Below, in pieces: positions 36,998 through 46,600 of a stretch of DNA of 46,688 nt. How positions within the stretch are numbered: the stretch's first letter is position 1; every line of letters begins with the position of its first letter. The position numbers were made by a program, and so were the translations under genes. This stretch comes from Candidatus Thorarchaeota archaeon (GTDB lineage Archaea > Asgardarchaeota > Thorarchaeia > Thorarchaeales > Thorarchaeaceae), in assembly GCA_048882045.1 (NCBI GenBank), contig JBHLRZ010000027.1:1-46688 (forward strand), written 5' to 3'. A model generated the notes under the pieces. The model ran no database searches and was not told the DNA's origin. It saw only the letters and a list, made by a program, of their open reading frames with translations.

Positions 36998-37033
36998 GGT
37001 CGAGCATGTTGCTCGACCTTCTCTATCTTTTTC
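36998..37033 (+). terminator. Hairpin plus pyrimidine/U tract after ccmF
   Basis: GGTCGAGCA-TGT-TGCTCGACC forms a 9-bp stem, followed by TTCTCTATCTTTTTC. Confidence 0.6.
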
Positions 37034-37089
37034 ATATCAAGAAGGGTTTATACATGTGACTCAACTACACACTCTAGCATCTGGAAGGT

Positions 37090-38289
37090 ATGAGAATGTC
37101 GCAGCACTATGATGTAGCAGTAGTTGGTTCAGGACCTGCAGGATCTACTACAGCTTGGATTGCTGCGAAGAATGGTCTAAAAACAGTCCTGATTGACCGA
37201 AGGAAGACTATTGGGATTCCAATCCAATGTGGTGAATTGATTCCTACATCAGGAGAAGTGAGGAATCTCTTCCCATCATCACGAACAATGCCAAAGGCTG
37301 TATCAGTACCAAAGAAATTCATTTGCAACAGAACCTCCACGATAAGATTGGTTTCGCCAAACGGTAAGACTTTCGAGTTTCCATTTGAAGCAAACATTGT
37401 TGATCGAGCTGGTTTTGACCAATATTTAGCCCAAAAAGCAAAAGATGCAGGTGTTGATATTCTTCTGAACACCAAGCTGCTGAAAAGAACCAGAGGTAAT
37501 AGCCTAGTACTAAAGACAGAAAGTCAGCAGAATGAAACTCAGGCAAATGTAGTAGTCGGTGCCGATGGCTCGCGTTCCAAGGTGGCAGAATCCTTGGGAA
37601 CTCAGTTCGTTCATGATGAATCTGACCTGAGCCCATCACTTCAATATGTAATGGAAAACTCCGATGTCGATCCTTCAGTTGTCGAGATGTATTTTGGCAG
37701 TGTAGCCCCTGGTGGGTATGCATGGATTATACCAAAGGGTGATGGTCGAGTAAATGTCGGATTTGGTATGCGGAGATTTATTGCCAAGGACGATAAACCT
37801 CTTCGCGAATACATCGACCGTTTTGTCTATCGAAATCCTATTGTTGCACCGCTTTTGGCTCGTGCTAGAATAGTCAGTAGAGTTGGTGCTATTATACCAG
37901 TAGGCGGCCCACTCAAGAGAACTTGGACCAGAAACACACTACTCGTGGGGGATGCTGCTGGGCATGTAATGGCTTCAAATGGCGGAGGTATACCTACTGC
38001 ACTTTGCGGCGGAATCATAGCAGGAGAAACAATCTCAGACCATTTTGAAAAAGAAACATCTCTCTCACATTATGAAGAAACTTGGCGAGTAGAGTTTGGT
38101 ACTGAACTTGAAACTGCACTGAGAGTCCTCAGAGTCGCTGACACTGTAATGCCTTCCGATTCGATAACCGATATCTGCATGAGACTCGCGGGAGTTCGTT
38201 TTTTGGAACCGTTGATAAGATGCAGACTTCCTCCGCTGGTTGATTTTGCTTCAAAGACGCTTGTGAGAATACTTAGTCAATTGCTCTAG
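37090..38289 (+). CDS. Geranylgeranyl reductase family flavoprotein
   Basis: Motifs are VVGSGPAGS, PIQCG, DRAGFDQ, GADG, APGGYAWIIPKG, VGDAAG and GGGI. TTTATAC lies about 40 nt upstream. Confidence 0.9.
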   Translation: MRMSQHYDVAVVGSGPAGSTTAWIAAKNGLKTVLIDRRKTIGIPIQCGELIPTSGEVRNLFPSSRTMPKAVSVPKKFICNRTSTIRLVSPNGKTFEFPFEANIVDRAGFDQYLAQKAKDAGVDILLNTKLLKRTRGNSLVLKTESQQNETQANVVVGADGSRSKVAESLGTQFVHDESDLSPSLQYVMENSDVDPSVVEMYFGSVAPGGYAWIIPKGDGRVNVGFGMRRFIAKDDKPLREYIDRFVYRNPIVAPLLARARIVSRVGAIIPVGGPLKRTWTRNTLLVGDAAGHVMASNGGGIPTALCGGIIAGETISDHFEKETSLSHYEETWRVEFGTELETALRVLRVADTVMPSDSITDICMRLAGVRFLEPLIRCRLPPLVDFASKTLVRILSQLL

Positions 38290-38291
38290 AC

Positions 38292-39332
38292 TCAATACAG
38301 CCTTTGAATTATGAAGTCGGCTAGATTATTCAGATTCTCTTCATTCTCAAATCCCTGGTTTCGAATCGCATCCTTCGCGGAATCAATGTACTGCTTTGTA
38401 ATCATTGTCCCATATTCCACAGCCTGGGTTTCATCAATCAACTGCAAAGCGAAGTAGAGTTCCCCGTTATCAAGGAGTTTGATACATCGGTTTCGCTTGT
38501 CTTCTGGACTTTCCTCAAGAGCGTGTGCTAGAAGAAAATTGCATCGACTTCCTTTGAGGTCGGATAGGACTGATTTTCCAGTTCCATTCTGGGTCGCAAT
38601 CACATCCAAGATATCATCTCTGATCTGGAATGCATAGCCAAGATTCTCTGCATATTCAATTATTGCTTCTATCTGTTGGAGATTCCCATTCCCTATCGTT
38701 GCACCAACTTTGGCTGCAGATGACATGAATGAAACAGTCTTCATTCTGACTACGTCGAGGTAGTGCTTCTTTGTGTAGACCTCTCGTCTGCCATTTGTAC
38801 TCATAAGCAAGTCAGCGGCCTCTCCCTCACACATTCTAATTGCACCACTAGCAACATATGTTAGAAGCTCGGGAGTTGATTGTTCTCCAATCATTTTGAT
38901 TGCTTTTGCAACTAGGAGGTCTCCAGCAATGATTGCCATTTTTCGTCCGAATTTTTCATGAGTTGTTTCAACACCTCGTCTCAATGCATCCTCATCTATA
39001 ATGTCATCATGGATGAGGCTAGCTGTTTGAATGAACTCGGTTGCCACAGCATAAGGGAGTGAGTCCTCGAGACTTCCGCCAACCGCTTCTGCACATAATA
39101 AGAGTAGCAACGAACGGATTCGTTTTCCTCCTGCAAGAATTAGGTGTCTTGTAGTTTCATAGAGAATTGGAGGTTCACCATCATCATCGATCAGCTGCTT
39201 TCTGATTGCCTCATTGATTAATTCAATTCTATATACAAACTGCTCTCTATCAAGAATATCTATGACTTCTGGAGAAACTTCAACATCGTCTAAGTCATTA
39301 TCGGCTTTGTCAACGAAAGGTTTCTCTGACAT
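38292..39332 (-). CDS. Trans-polyprenyl diphosphate synthase, probably medium/long chain
   Basis: Motifs are GGKRIR, FARM ASLIHDDIID, RRG, KT and SARM AFQIRDDILD. The residue at -5 of the FARM is a small Ala. Confidence 0.9.
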   Translation of the reverse strand: MSEKPFVDKADNDLDDVEVSPEVIDILDREQFVYRIELINEAIRKQLIDDDGEPPILYETTRHLILAGGKRIRSLLLLLCAEAVGGSLEDSLPYAVATEFIQTASLIHDDIIDEDALRRGVETTHEKFGRKMAIIAGDLLVAKAIKMIGEQSTPELLTYVASGAIRMCEGEAADLLMSTNGRREVYTKKHYLDVVRMKTVSFMSSAAKVGATIGNGNLQQIEAIIEYAENLGYAFQIRDDILDVIATQNGTGKSVLSDLKGSRCNFLLAHALEESPEDKRNRCIKLLDNGELYFALQLIDETQAVEYGTMITKQYIDSAKDAIRNQGFENEENLNNLADFIIQRLY

Positions 39333-39488
39333 CAGTTAATACTCCTGAGTAGTCTGTTTCAACCTGAAACCGCCTTAAAGTCCTTGCCTTTGTTTTCACA
39401 CATTGTCTAAGGATTGAAACGATGGGGAAGTCTTTTTTGTAAATAGAAAATCGAATAGTCACACGAGGTTGCATTGATGAGCAAGGGA

Positions 39489-40532
39489 ATGAACGAATCG
39501 GACATGCCAAAACCATCAAGAGTCCGAATTTGGTTTGCTGAGATGCGAGCACCATTTCTGACTGGAGCAATTGTCCCAGTCATTCTTGGAACATGTGTCG
39601 CATGGGCATCAACTGGGATCTTTCTCCTTGATGTATTCATACTCACCTTGCTTGGGGGGATGTTCGTTCACATTGGAGCAAATGTCGCGAATGATTACTT
39701 TGACCACAAAAGTGGTACTGATGACATGAATGTGGACTATGTCAGACCTTTCACTGGAGGGAGCAGAATGATCCAAAGAGGATGGATGTCACCTCGAGAA
39801 GTCTTTGCAGAAGCCATGGTGTTTTTCATCCTGGGAGGTGGTATCGGATTGTATTTGGCTTACACGCGGGGATGGGAAGTTCTCATAATAGGTGTCATCG
39901 GGGTCGGGTCTGCATTTTTCTATACCGCCCCTCCATTCAGATTCGTAAGTCGAGGCTATGGTGAAGTCTTTATTGGTCTCGATTTTGGGGTTTTGATGAC
40001 TCTTGGAGCTTATTTTGTCCAAACTCAAATTCTCGCATGGGAGGCTATATTCCCTTCATTGCCCATTGCCATCCTGATAACTGCGGTTCTTTACATCAAT
40101 GAATTCCCAGATCATGATGCAGACAAGGCTGCAGGTAAATTGACTGTTGTTGTTAGACTTGGTAGAGCTCGTGCTGCAAAAGGATATGCAGTTCTCATGA
40201 CCTCATTATACCTCTCAATAATAGTTCCAATCATATTGAATCTCACAAATTGGTACACAGTGCTAGCTGTTACAACAATCCCTCTAGCTGTTATTGCTAC
40301 TCGTTATGCATTGAAACACTATGACCAATCTTTCCCACTTATTCCTGCCTATGCATCAACTGTAGCAAATCATCTGTTTACAGGTCTGTTTCTTAGTTGG
40401 TCATACATTATGATTGGCTTGGGGAGAGAACCAATCTGTGTATTAGTATGGGGCCTGGTGTTTTTCACAATCTCCATTGGATTCTATATGTTTACTGAAC
40501 GAAAAGCCAAAGCCGCCGCCCCACCTTCGTAG
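39489..40532 (+). CDS. menA: 1,4-dihydroxy-2-naphthoate prenyltransferase (UbiA superfamily, MenA/UBIAD1 type)
   Basis: Motifs are RAPFL, ANDYFD..SGTD, GGSR, YTAPP, GYGE and NEFPD...D..AGKLT..VRLG. The start is uncertain (39474-39504). Confidence 0.87.
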   Translation: MNESDMPKPSRVRIWFAEMRAPFLTGAIVPVILGTCVAWASTGIFLLDVFILTLLGGMFVHIGANVANDYFDHKSGTDDMNVDYVRPFTGGSRMIQRGWMSPREVFAEAMVFFILGGGIGLYLAYTRGWEVLIIGVIGVGSAFFYTAPPFRFVSRGYGEVFIGLDFGVLMTLGAYFVQTQILAWEAIFPSLPIAILITAVLYINEFPDHDADKAAGKLTVVVRLGRARAAKGYAVLMTSLYLSIIVPIILNLTNWYTVLAVTTIPLAVIATRYALKHYDQSFPLIPAYASTVANHLFTGLFLSWSYIMIGLGREPICVLVWGLVFFTISIGFYMFTERKAKAAAPPS

Positions 40533-40536
40533 TTGT

Positions 40537-41016
40537 CTATTTGGAAGTCCACTTGTAGAAGTTAGCCCCCATCCAGTAGGAGATTTTCTTTGGATGGACT
40601 CGGATGACTATCCTAGAACCCATTGGATAGCCTGGCCCAAGAAAGTGTATGTATTTGTCCAAGAAATTTACCATCACCATGTCGTCTGCGACTTCCATCT
40701 CGACCAGCTTGGCTCTACCCTGAATCATGACTCCACAATTGCGTGCAGGAGACCTCGGGTCTCTTTTGTCAATCGTTACGCAGACTCGTGTGTTCCGACG
40801 AATGTTATTGACCTTACGACTTTTTTTGGTTGAAACCAATTGGATTGTTTGAGACGAGTCATCCCAAATATAGAACATGGCAGTCAGATGTGGGTCGCAT
40901 CCTTGTTCAGCTGTTCCTAGATATGCAAAGAAGCCATTATCCAGAATTGAGAGTGCTTGTTTAGGAATTTTCTTGGTTTTCTTTGTGAACGCTTTTTGGG
41001 GTTTGGATAGAAACAT
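40537..41016 (-). CDS. Pyridoxamine 5'-phosphate oxidase-like split-barrel flavin/F420-binding protein
   Basis: Motifs are AYLGT...PH, SRKVNNIRRN.RV.V.ID, GVMIQGRA and IRVHPKKISYW. Confidence 0.85.
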   Translation of the reverse strand: MFLSKPQKAFTKKTKKIPKQALSILDNGFFAYLGTAEQGCDPHLTAMFYIWDDSSQTIQLVSTKKSRKVNNIRRNTRVCVTIDKRDPRSPARNCGVMIQGRAKLVEMEVADDMVMVNFLDKYIHFLGPGYPMGSRIVIRVHPKKISYWMGANFYKWTSK

Positions 41017-41020
41017 CTTA

Positions 41021-42283
41021 TCACGCTCTCAATGTTCTTGGTTTGGCTTCCCGCCAGTAAGTAATCTTTTCCGGTTCAATTCTCACCATCACCCTTGAGA
41101 TGAAAGGTTTGTTTTGCCAAGCCAAAGGCAGTTCCTGGACCTTGGTATCATAGTACCTCATGTAACGGGGATATTTTCTGGCGAACAACGAACGCACTCT
41201 TAGCATCCAGAGACCATAGATGAACATCCTGAAGATGCCAAATAGAGTAACTTCTCCTAAAATCGTAGTTTTCCCTCTAATCATGACCGCTCGATTTCTC
41301 ATCACATTATTAGGATCTCTCATATCTACTAGAACAGCAACCTTTTGGTTCTCATTGAGAATCCGATACTTTGCTGATGCTAGAGATATTCCGATGTAAA
41401 TGAACTTCCCATCATAAACGAAAATCACTGGAGTCACATGGGTTTGCATATTGCTACATACACTCACATATGCAAATCTCTCATTATGTAAAATACTCTC
41501 GACATCCGGTGGAAACCATGGAACCATTTCCATCGCTAGAAAACTAAGGAAAGAAAGACCAAAGATGATACCTAGATATGCCAAAATCCCGATAAGTAAC
41601 AATGGGGAATGGGCAGCAATTGGAATCAACAGGGCAGCAGAAGCACCCCAATATAAGTTGACTGAGTCCAAAAATCTTAATGTTCGTACTTCTGAATATG
41701 CAGTGTACTCCAATCCTCTTCTCTTTCTAGCAGCGTAGCTCAAAGCAATTGATCTACGAGCTGCAAACAAGGTGGTCACAAATGAGAGACCCATTCTATA
41801 GCTAACATCCCATGCAAGGACCAGAAGAAGTATGAAGAGTAAGGGGTTTCCATATCCTGGACCCAAGAAGTGCTGGAGGAATGGTGGATCCCAAAATGTA
41901 TACCCCATGACACCAACAAAACATAGAACCCCAAAGACAAGTTCATTTTTCCGATTCCAAAGCAAGTCTGACTTGTATTCTCGCAACACCCTGAGTTCCT
42001 GCTCATTTGTTGGATTTCTCAATCGCCTCATCGCAGGAATAACATACAAACATCCCGCAGACCAAACCACTGTATATGCTATCGCAACAGAACCCAAGAT
42101 CGCTGTTTCAACAGGCATGCTGAAGTAGATAAACGCCAAGATACCTACAGCTTCAACCAATACTGCTTGAGCAATGACGTCCCAAACTGGTGGCAACCAT
42201 CTGAATGGAGGTATCCTATCTACAATCTCTTCATAAATCCATTTTCGGCTGCCGCGCTTTGAGGTTTCAGAAGCTAGCGTCAT
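41021..42283 (-). CDS. Multi-TM membrane protein fused to a C-terminal PNPOx-like split-barrel domain
   Basis: About six TM helices are followed by FAYVSV...HVTPV.FVYD...KYR.L.EN.KVAVLVD...VRIEPEKITYW. Confidence 0.75.
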   Translation of the reverse strand: MTLASETSKRGSRKWIYEEIVDRIPPFRWLPPVWDVIAQAVLVEAVGILAFIYFSMPVETAILGSVAIAYTVVWSAGCLYVIPAMRRLRNPTNEQELRVLREYKSDLLWNRKNELVFGVLCFVGVMGYTFWDPPFLQHFLGPGYGNPLLFILLLVLAWDVSYRMGLSFVTTLFAARRSIALSYAARKRRGLEYTAYSEVRTLRFLDSVNLYWGASAALLIPIAAHSPLLLIGILAYLGIIFGLSFLSFLAMEMVPWFPPDVESILHNERFAYVSVCSNMQTHVTPVIFVYDGKFIYIGISLASAKYRILNENQKVAVLVDMRDPNNVMRNRAVMIRGKTTILGEVTLFGIFRMFIYGLWMLRVRSLFARKYPRYMRYYDTKVQELPLAWQNKPFISRVMVRIEPEKITYWREAKPRTLRA

Positions 42284-42352
42284 TATTTTGTAGCTTTACA
42301 ACGTCGTATATTTACATATCGAAACCACTTGAGTATATGAGATGTTCTCTAA

Positions 42353-43579
42353 TCATCCATAGATCTCATCAAGCCCATCCCAAGTCAGACCCATTGCTTC
42401 TGCTACCAAGACTGCTAGGTCTTTCACTGTTTTACTGGATCCCGCATGAGGTAGTTGATCGTTCATAAAATCAACACAAGAGGGACAGGCTGTTGCAACC
42501 ACGTCCGCATTGGTAGCTTCGATGTCTTCGACCTTGAGCTTGTTTATCCTCAGAGCAAAATCAGCATCGACAGCTCTAAGGACACCGCCTGAACCGCAAC
42601 AGTAACAGTTCGCTTTGTTATGAGGAAGTTCTTCGAAAGTCACTCCTGGCAAGTGTTCCAAAACTTTCCGTGGTTCTTCATAGAAACCCGAGTTTCTTCC
42701 TGCATCGCATCCATCATGAAAGGTGACTGTCAAATCCAAAGGATTGTTCAGATCGGTCAACTTGCCTTGATCAAGTAGGTCTGCAAAGTATTGCGCTCCA
42801 TATAAGATCTCAAAGCCATGGTCGATACCCAGGAATTCATGATATTCATGGGACCACATCTTGTAGCAGCCTGGACAATTGGTGAATATCCTCTCAACAC
42901 CAAGTTTCTTGTAAGCTTCTATATTATGTTCTGCTAGTGCTCGAGCTCCTTCAAAGTCTCCAGTCATGATAAGAGGAGCGCCGCAGCAGTATTCATCCTC
43001 ACCGAGTACAGTGTATGATTCTCCAATCTTGTCCAATATCAGAGTAGTAGCGATGGTCGCTTGAATTGATACTCCTCTGAATGATGAAGCACATCCAAAG
43101 AAGAATGCCGTCTTGGAAGGTGTTCCCTGTTTGTCGATAAGTTCGTCCTCATTAGGTGTCCAATATGACCAACCCTCGATTCTATCCATCTGTGCCTGGC
43201 CTTGGATGTTGTAACTGTTCAACAAGGTTTCTTTTGCCATCTCTAGTTGCTCGGGCCACATACCACGTTTCTGGAAGTCTGATCGCAATACCTGGTAGAT
43301 TTTTATGAAGGGAATGTCCACCTGACAGATTTCCTCGCATCCTCCACACAATGTGCAACCAAAGATTGCATCACGGAGGCCCTCAAGACCTTCAGAAGGT
43401 CTCAATCTTCCCTGCATCAGGGCTCGGGTCAACATCATCTTTCCTTTACCTGAGTAGCTGTCTCTGCGCTTTACCTTGTAAGTTGGACAAGCTCCGTGTC
43501 CAACTTGACAGAAACTGCATTGCGCGCAAGTATAGGCGTATTCCTGTAAGCCGTGCTCATTCAGTGATGGGAAGTCCAT
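42353..43579 (-). CDS. Fe-S oxidoreductase with CCG domains (GlcF/HdrD-like), with no adjacent FAD-oxidase partner
   Basis: Motifs are CAQCSFCQVGHGACP, CTLCGGCEEIC, YCCGAP, CPGC, HDGCDAGR, CCGSGG and CPSC. The likely start is ATG 43579, with GGAG upstream. Confidence 0.9.
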   Translation of the reverse strand: MDFPSLNEHGLQEYAYTCAQCSFCQVGHGACPTYKVKRRDSYSGKGKMMLTRALMQGRLRPSEGLEGLRDAIFGCTLCGGCEEICQVDIPFIKIYQVLRSDFQKRGMWPEQLEMAKETLLNSYNIQGQAQMDRIEGWSYWTPNEDELIDKQGTPSKTAFFFGCASSFRGVSIQATIATTLILDKIGESYTVLGEDEYCCGAPLIMTGDFEGARALAEHNIEAYKKLGVERIFTNCPGCYKMWSHEYHEFLGIDHGFEILYGAQYFADLLDQGKLTDLNNPLDLTVTFHDGCDAGRNSGFYEEPRKVLEHLPGVTFEELPHNKANCYCCGSGGVLRAVDADFALRINKLKVEDIEATNADVVATACPSCVDFMNDQLPHAGSSKTVKDLAVLVAEAMGLTWDGLDEIYG

Positions 43580-43658
43580 GATTCTTGGTCTCCGCACTTT
43601 GTGACAGACTGAGGAGGACCGTAGCAAGGCACCTTAAAATCTTTCCATAGAACTTCAA

Positions 43659-46600
43659 TCAACTGGTCTTTCGAATAATGACTTCTGCGATTCCTACTAC
43701 AATAATTCCAGTTACTACCCAAGTAAGCACAACAAGTAGAATCTCTTGCAATGGATTTTGTGATGGGGGTGGTGACTCTGTTGTTGTGGTTTGTGTTGGT
43801 TGAGACGTGGTTGTTGTAGTGATTGGGGTTGTTGAAGGCTGGACAGTAACGGTTACCTGGTCTGTAATAGAGTTGCCTCCAATATCCGAAACAGAGATTG
43901 TATAATTATACTCTCCTTGAGTGAGACCATCCACTGAGATCGATATCGATTCACTGCTTGAGTTCCATGCCCTAGTTCGAATCAATACACTATCTCTGTA
44001 TACCTCGTAACTCGCAGGATGTAAGTCATTCGGACTCCACGTGATTGAGTTTCCAGTTTCACCTTGATTGTAGACAATATCATCTGGACTGTCGATTGTA
44101 GGTGGTGTACCGTCTTGAACAAAGACCATCACTGTATCAGACGCACTGCTGCCGCCGACATCAAAGACACGTATTGTGTAGTTGCAAGTTCCTACTGATT
44201 GGCCATCGACTGATACTGTTATTGTTTCTGAAGACGAGTTCCATAATCCAGATATTATCAGAACACCCTCTCTGAAAATCTCATAACCCGATGGATGGGC
44301 GTCTGCTGGATCCCATTGAATAAGGTACCCAGTGTCACCTTCATTGTAAGTAATGTCTGGAGGCGTATCAATCGTAGGAGTGATACCATCTGAAACATTG
44401 ACGTAGACCGTGTCATTCGCAACGTTTCCACCAACATCTGTGACAAAGATTGTAAAGTTATATGATCCAAGAGCCAGACCATCTACATTGATAGTGATTG
44501 CTTCCGAGGATGAGTTCCATAGACCAGTCTTAACTTGAACACCTTCTCTGAGTATTTCATAACTTGCTGGATGAAGATCAGAAGGATTCCATATTATTGA
44601 ATAGCCTGTGGCTCCTTCATTATAGAACACATCAGGCGGACTATCAATGTTAGGTGTTGTACCATCAATGACTGTTACCAACACTGTATCATTCGCAGAG
44701 TTAGAGCCAATGTCGAATACAACTATTGTGAAGTTATGGACACCTAGATTTAGTCCATCAAGGGAAACTGAAATTGTTTCTACACTCGAGTTCCACAAGC
44801 CGCTTCTGAACAGAGCTTCATCTCTGTAGATTTCGTAGCTTGTCGGGTTCAAATCAGATGGATTCCATGTGATTTTTTCTCCAGTCTGACCCTCATCGAT
44901 TTGCCCATCGATTGGTGAGTCAATCGTAGGAGGTGTCGCATCGGATACTGCGACCCATACAATGTCTGTAGCAGGATTGCTACCCACGTCATAAACTATG
45001 ATGGTGAAATTGTAAGTTCCTACCGACAGTCCGGTCACGGAGATTGAGATAGTTTCTGATGTCAAGTTCCAAAGGCCAGACTTCACAAGAACGTAATTCC
45101 TATAGATTTCATAGCTCGCTGGATAGGAGTCTGCAGGATCCCATGTAATTGATCCACCTGCTGCTCCCTCATTATAATTGATGTCACTAGGAGAATCGAT
45201 TGTTGGGGGTGTACCATCTAACACATAGACAAACACTGTGTCAGTGCCAATGTTTCCTCCAACATCCAAGACTCTGATGGTGTAGTTATAGTCACCTACC
45301 AGATGTCCATTGATTGATATCGAGATTGACTCTCCACTAGAGTTCCAGAGGCCAGATTTGACAGGAGTTCCATCCAAGAAGATTGTGTAACTAACAGTAT
45401 GCAAATCTGTTGGACTCCACGTGATGGTTCCACCTAGACTGCCTTCATCATATGTTATGTCAGTAGGACTGTCAACAACTGGGGGTGTTCCATCGAATAT
45501 TGTTACCCAAACAGTGTCACTCGCTGTGTTACTGTCCAGGTCGGTAACTATTGCAGTGAAGTTATACTCTCCCAGAGAAAGTCCATCGAGTGATATACTG
45601 ATTGTTTCAGCACTCGAGTTCCATACCCCAGACTTGACGAGCACACCATCTTGGTAGATCGCATATGAGGATGGATTGAGGTCCAAGGGATTCCATGTAA
45701 CGAATAGACCTGATGTTTCTTCAGAAATTGTCTGGTTTGCGGGTTGGTCTATTGTTGGCAGGTCTGCGTTGTATACTGTAACAATGACTTCGTCAGTCAC
45801 AATGTTGCCACCGATGTCAACGAGGACAATTGTGTAGTTGTAGGATCCTATAGCAAGGTTATCAACTGAAATGATCATCGTTTCCCCAGAAGAGTTCCAT
45901 GTACCAGATTTTACATCTACACCCTCTAACAAAATCTGATAACTTACTGGATGTAGGTCTGAGGGTGACCAAGTGATTGAATATCCTGTGTCTCCGTCGG
46001 GATAATCAATGTCTGCTGGATGGTCAACAACCGGTGGTGTTCCGTCATAGACGGTGACAAAGACAGTATCAATTGCTGCTCTTGAGGATGTGTCAAAAAC
46101 AACAATCGTAACGTTGTAAGTGCCCAGTGTAAGTCCATCAACTGAGAACGAAATTGACTCTGCGCTGTTATTCCACGTTCCTGATTTAACCAGTATATGT
46201 TCACGATAGATCTGATATGATGATGGATGAAGGTCATATGGATTCCAACTGATTTGATTGCCACTTGACCCTTCTACTACATCACTGTCAATTGGACTAT
46301 CAATTGTAGGATCTGTTCCGTCAGCCACCGTGACAAGAACAGAATCAGATGCTGTGTTGCTTCCAACATCTTCAACAACAATCATGTAATTGTATGAACC
46401 CTTAGCAAGACCATCAACAGAAATTGAGATCGACTCACCACTAGAGTTCCAAAGACCAGATTTTACAGGAACTCCGTTTCTATATATCGTGTAGTTTAGT
46501 GGATTCAGGTCTGATGGGTTCCAAGTAATAGAATATCCCGTAGCTCCTTCGTTGTATATTATATCGATTGGACTATCAATTGTCGGTAGAGTCCCATCAG

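Noticed and set aside
15068-43579. Calling the CCG proteins heterodisulfide reductase (hdrD) or the FAD proteins glcD/dld
   Set aside because: The domain architecture is shared by many enzymes, no hdrA/hdrE or methanogenesis context is present, and the FAD proteins lack the EHG motif.
93-46264. Numerous short antisense or out-of-frame ORFs in the track (e.g. 4257-4820, 9118-9642, 10166-10636, 23806-24225)
   Set aside because: They are shadows lying wholly or largely within confidently identified genes, with no motifs of their own.
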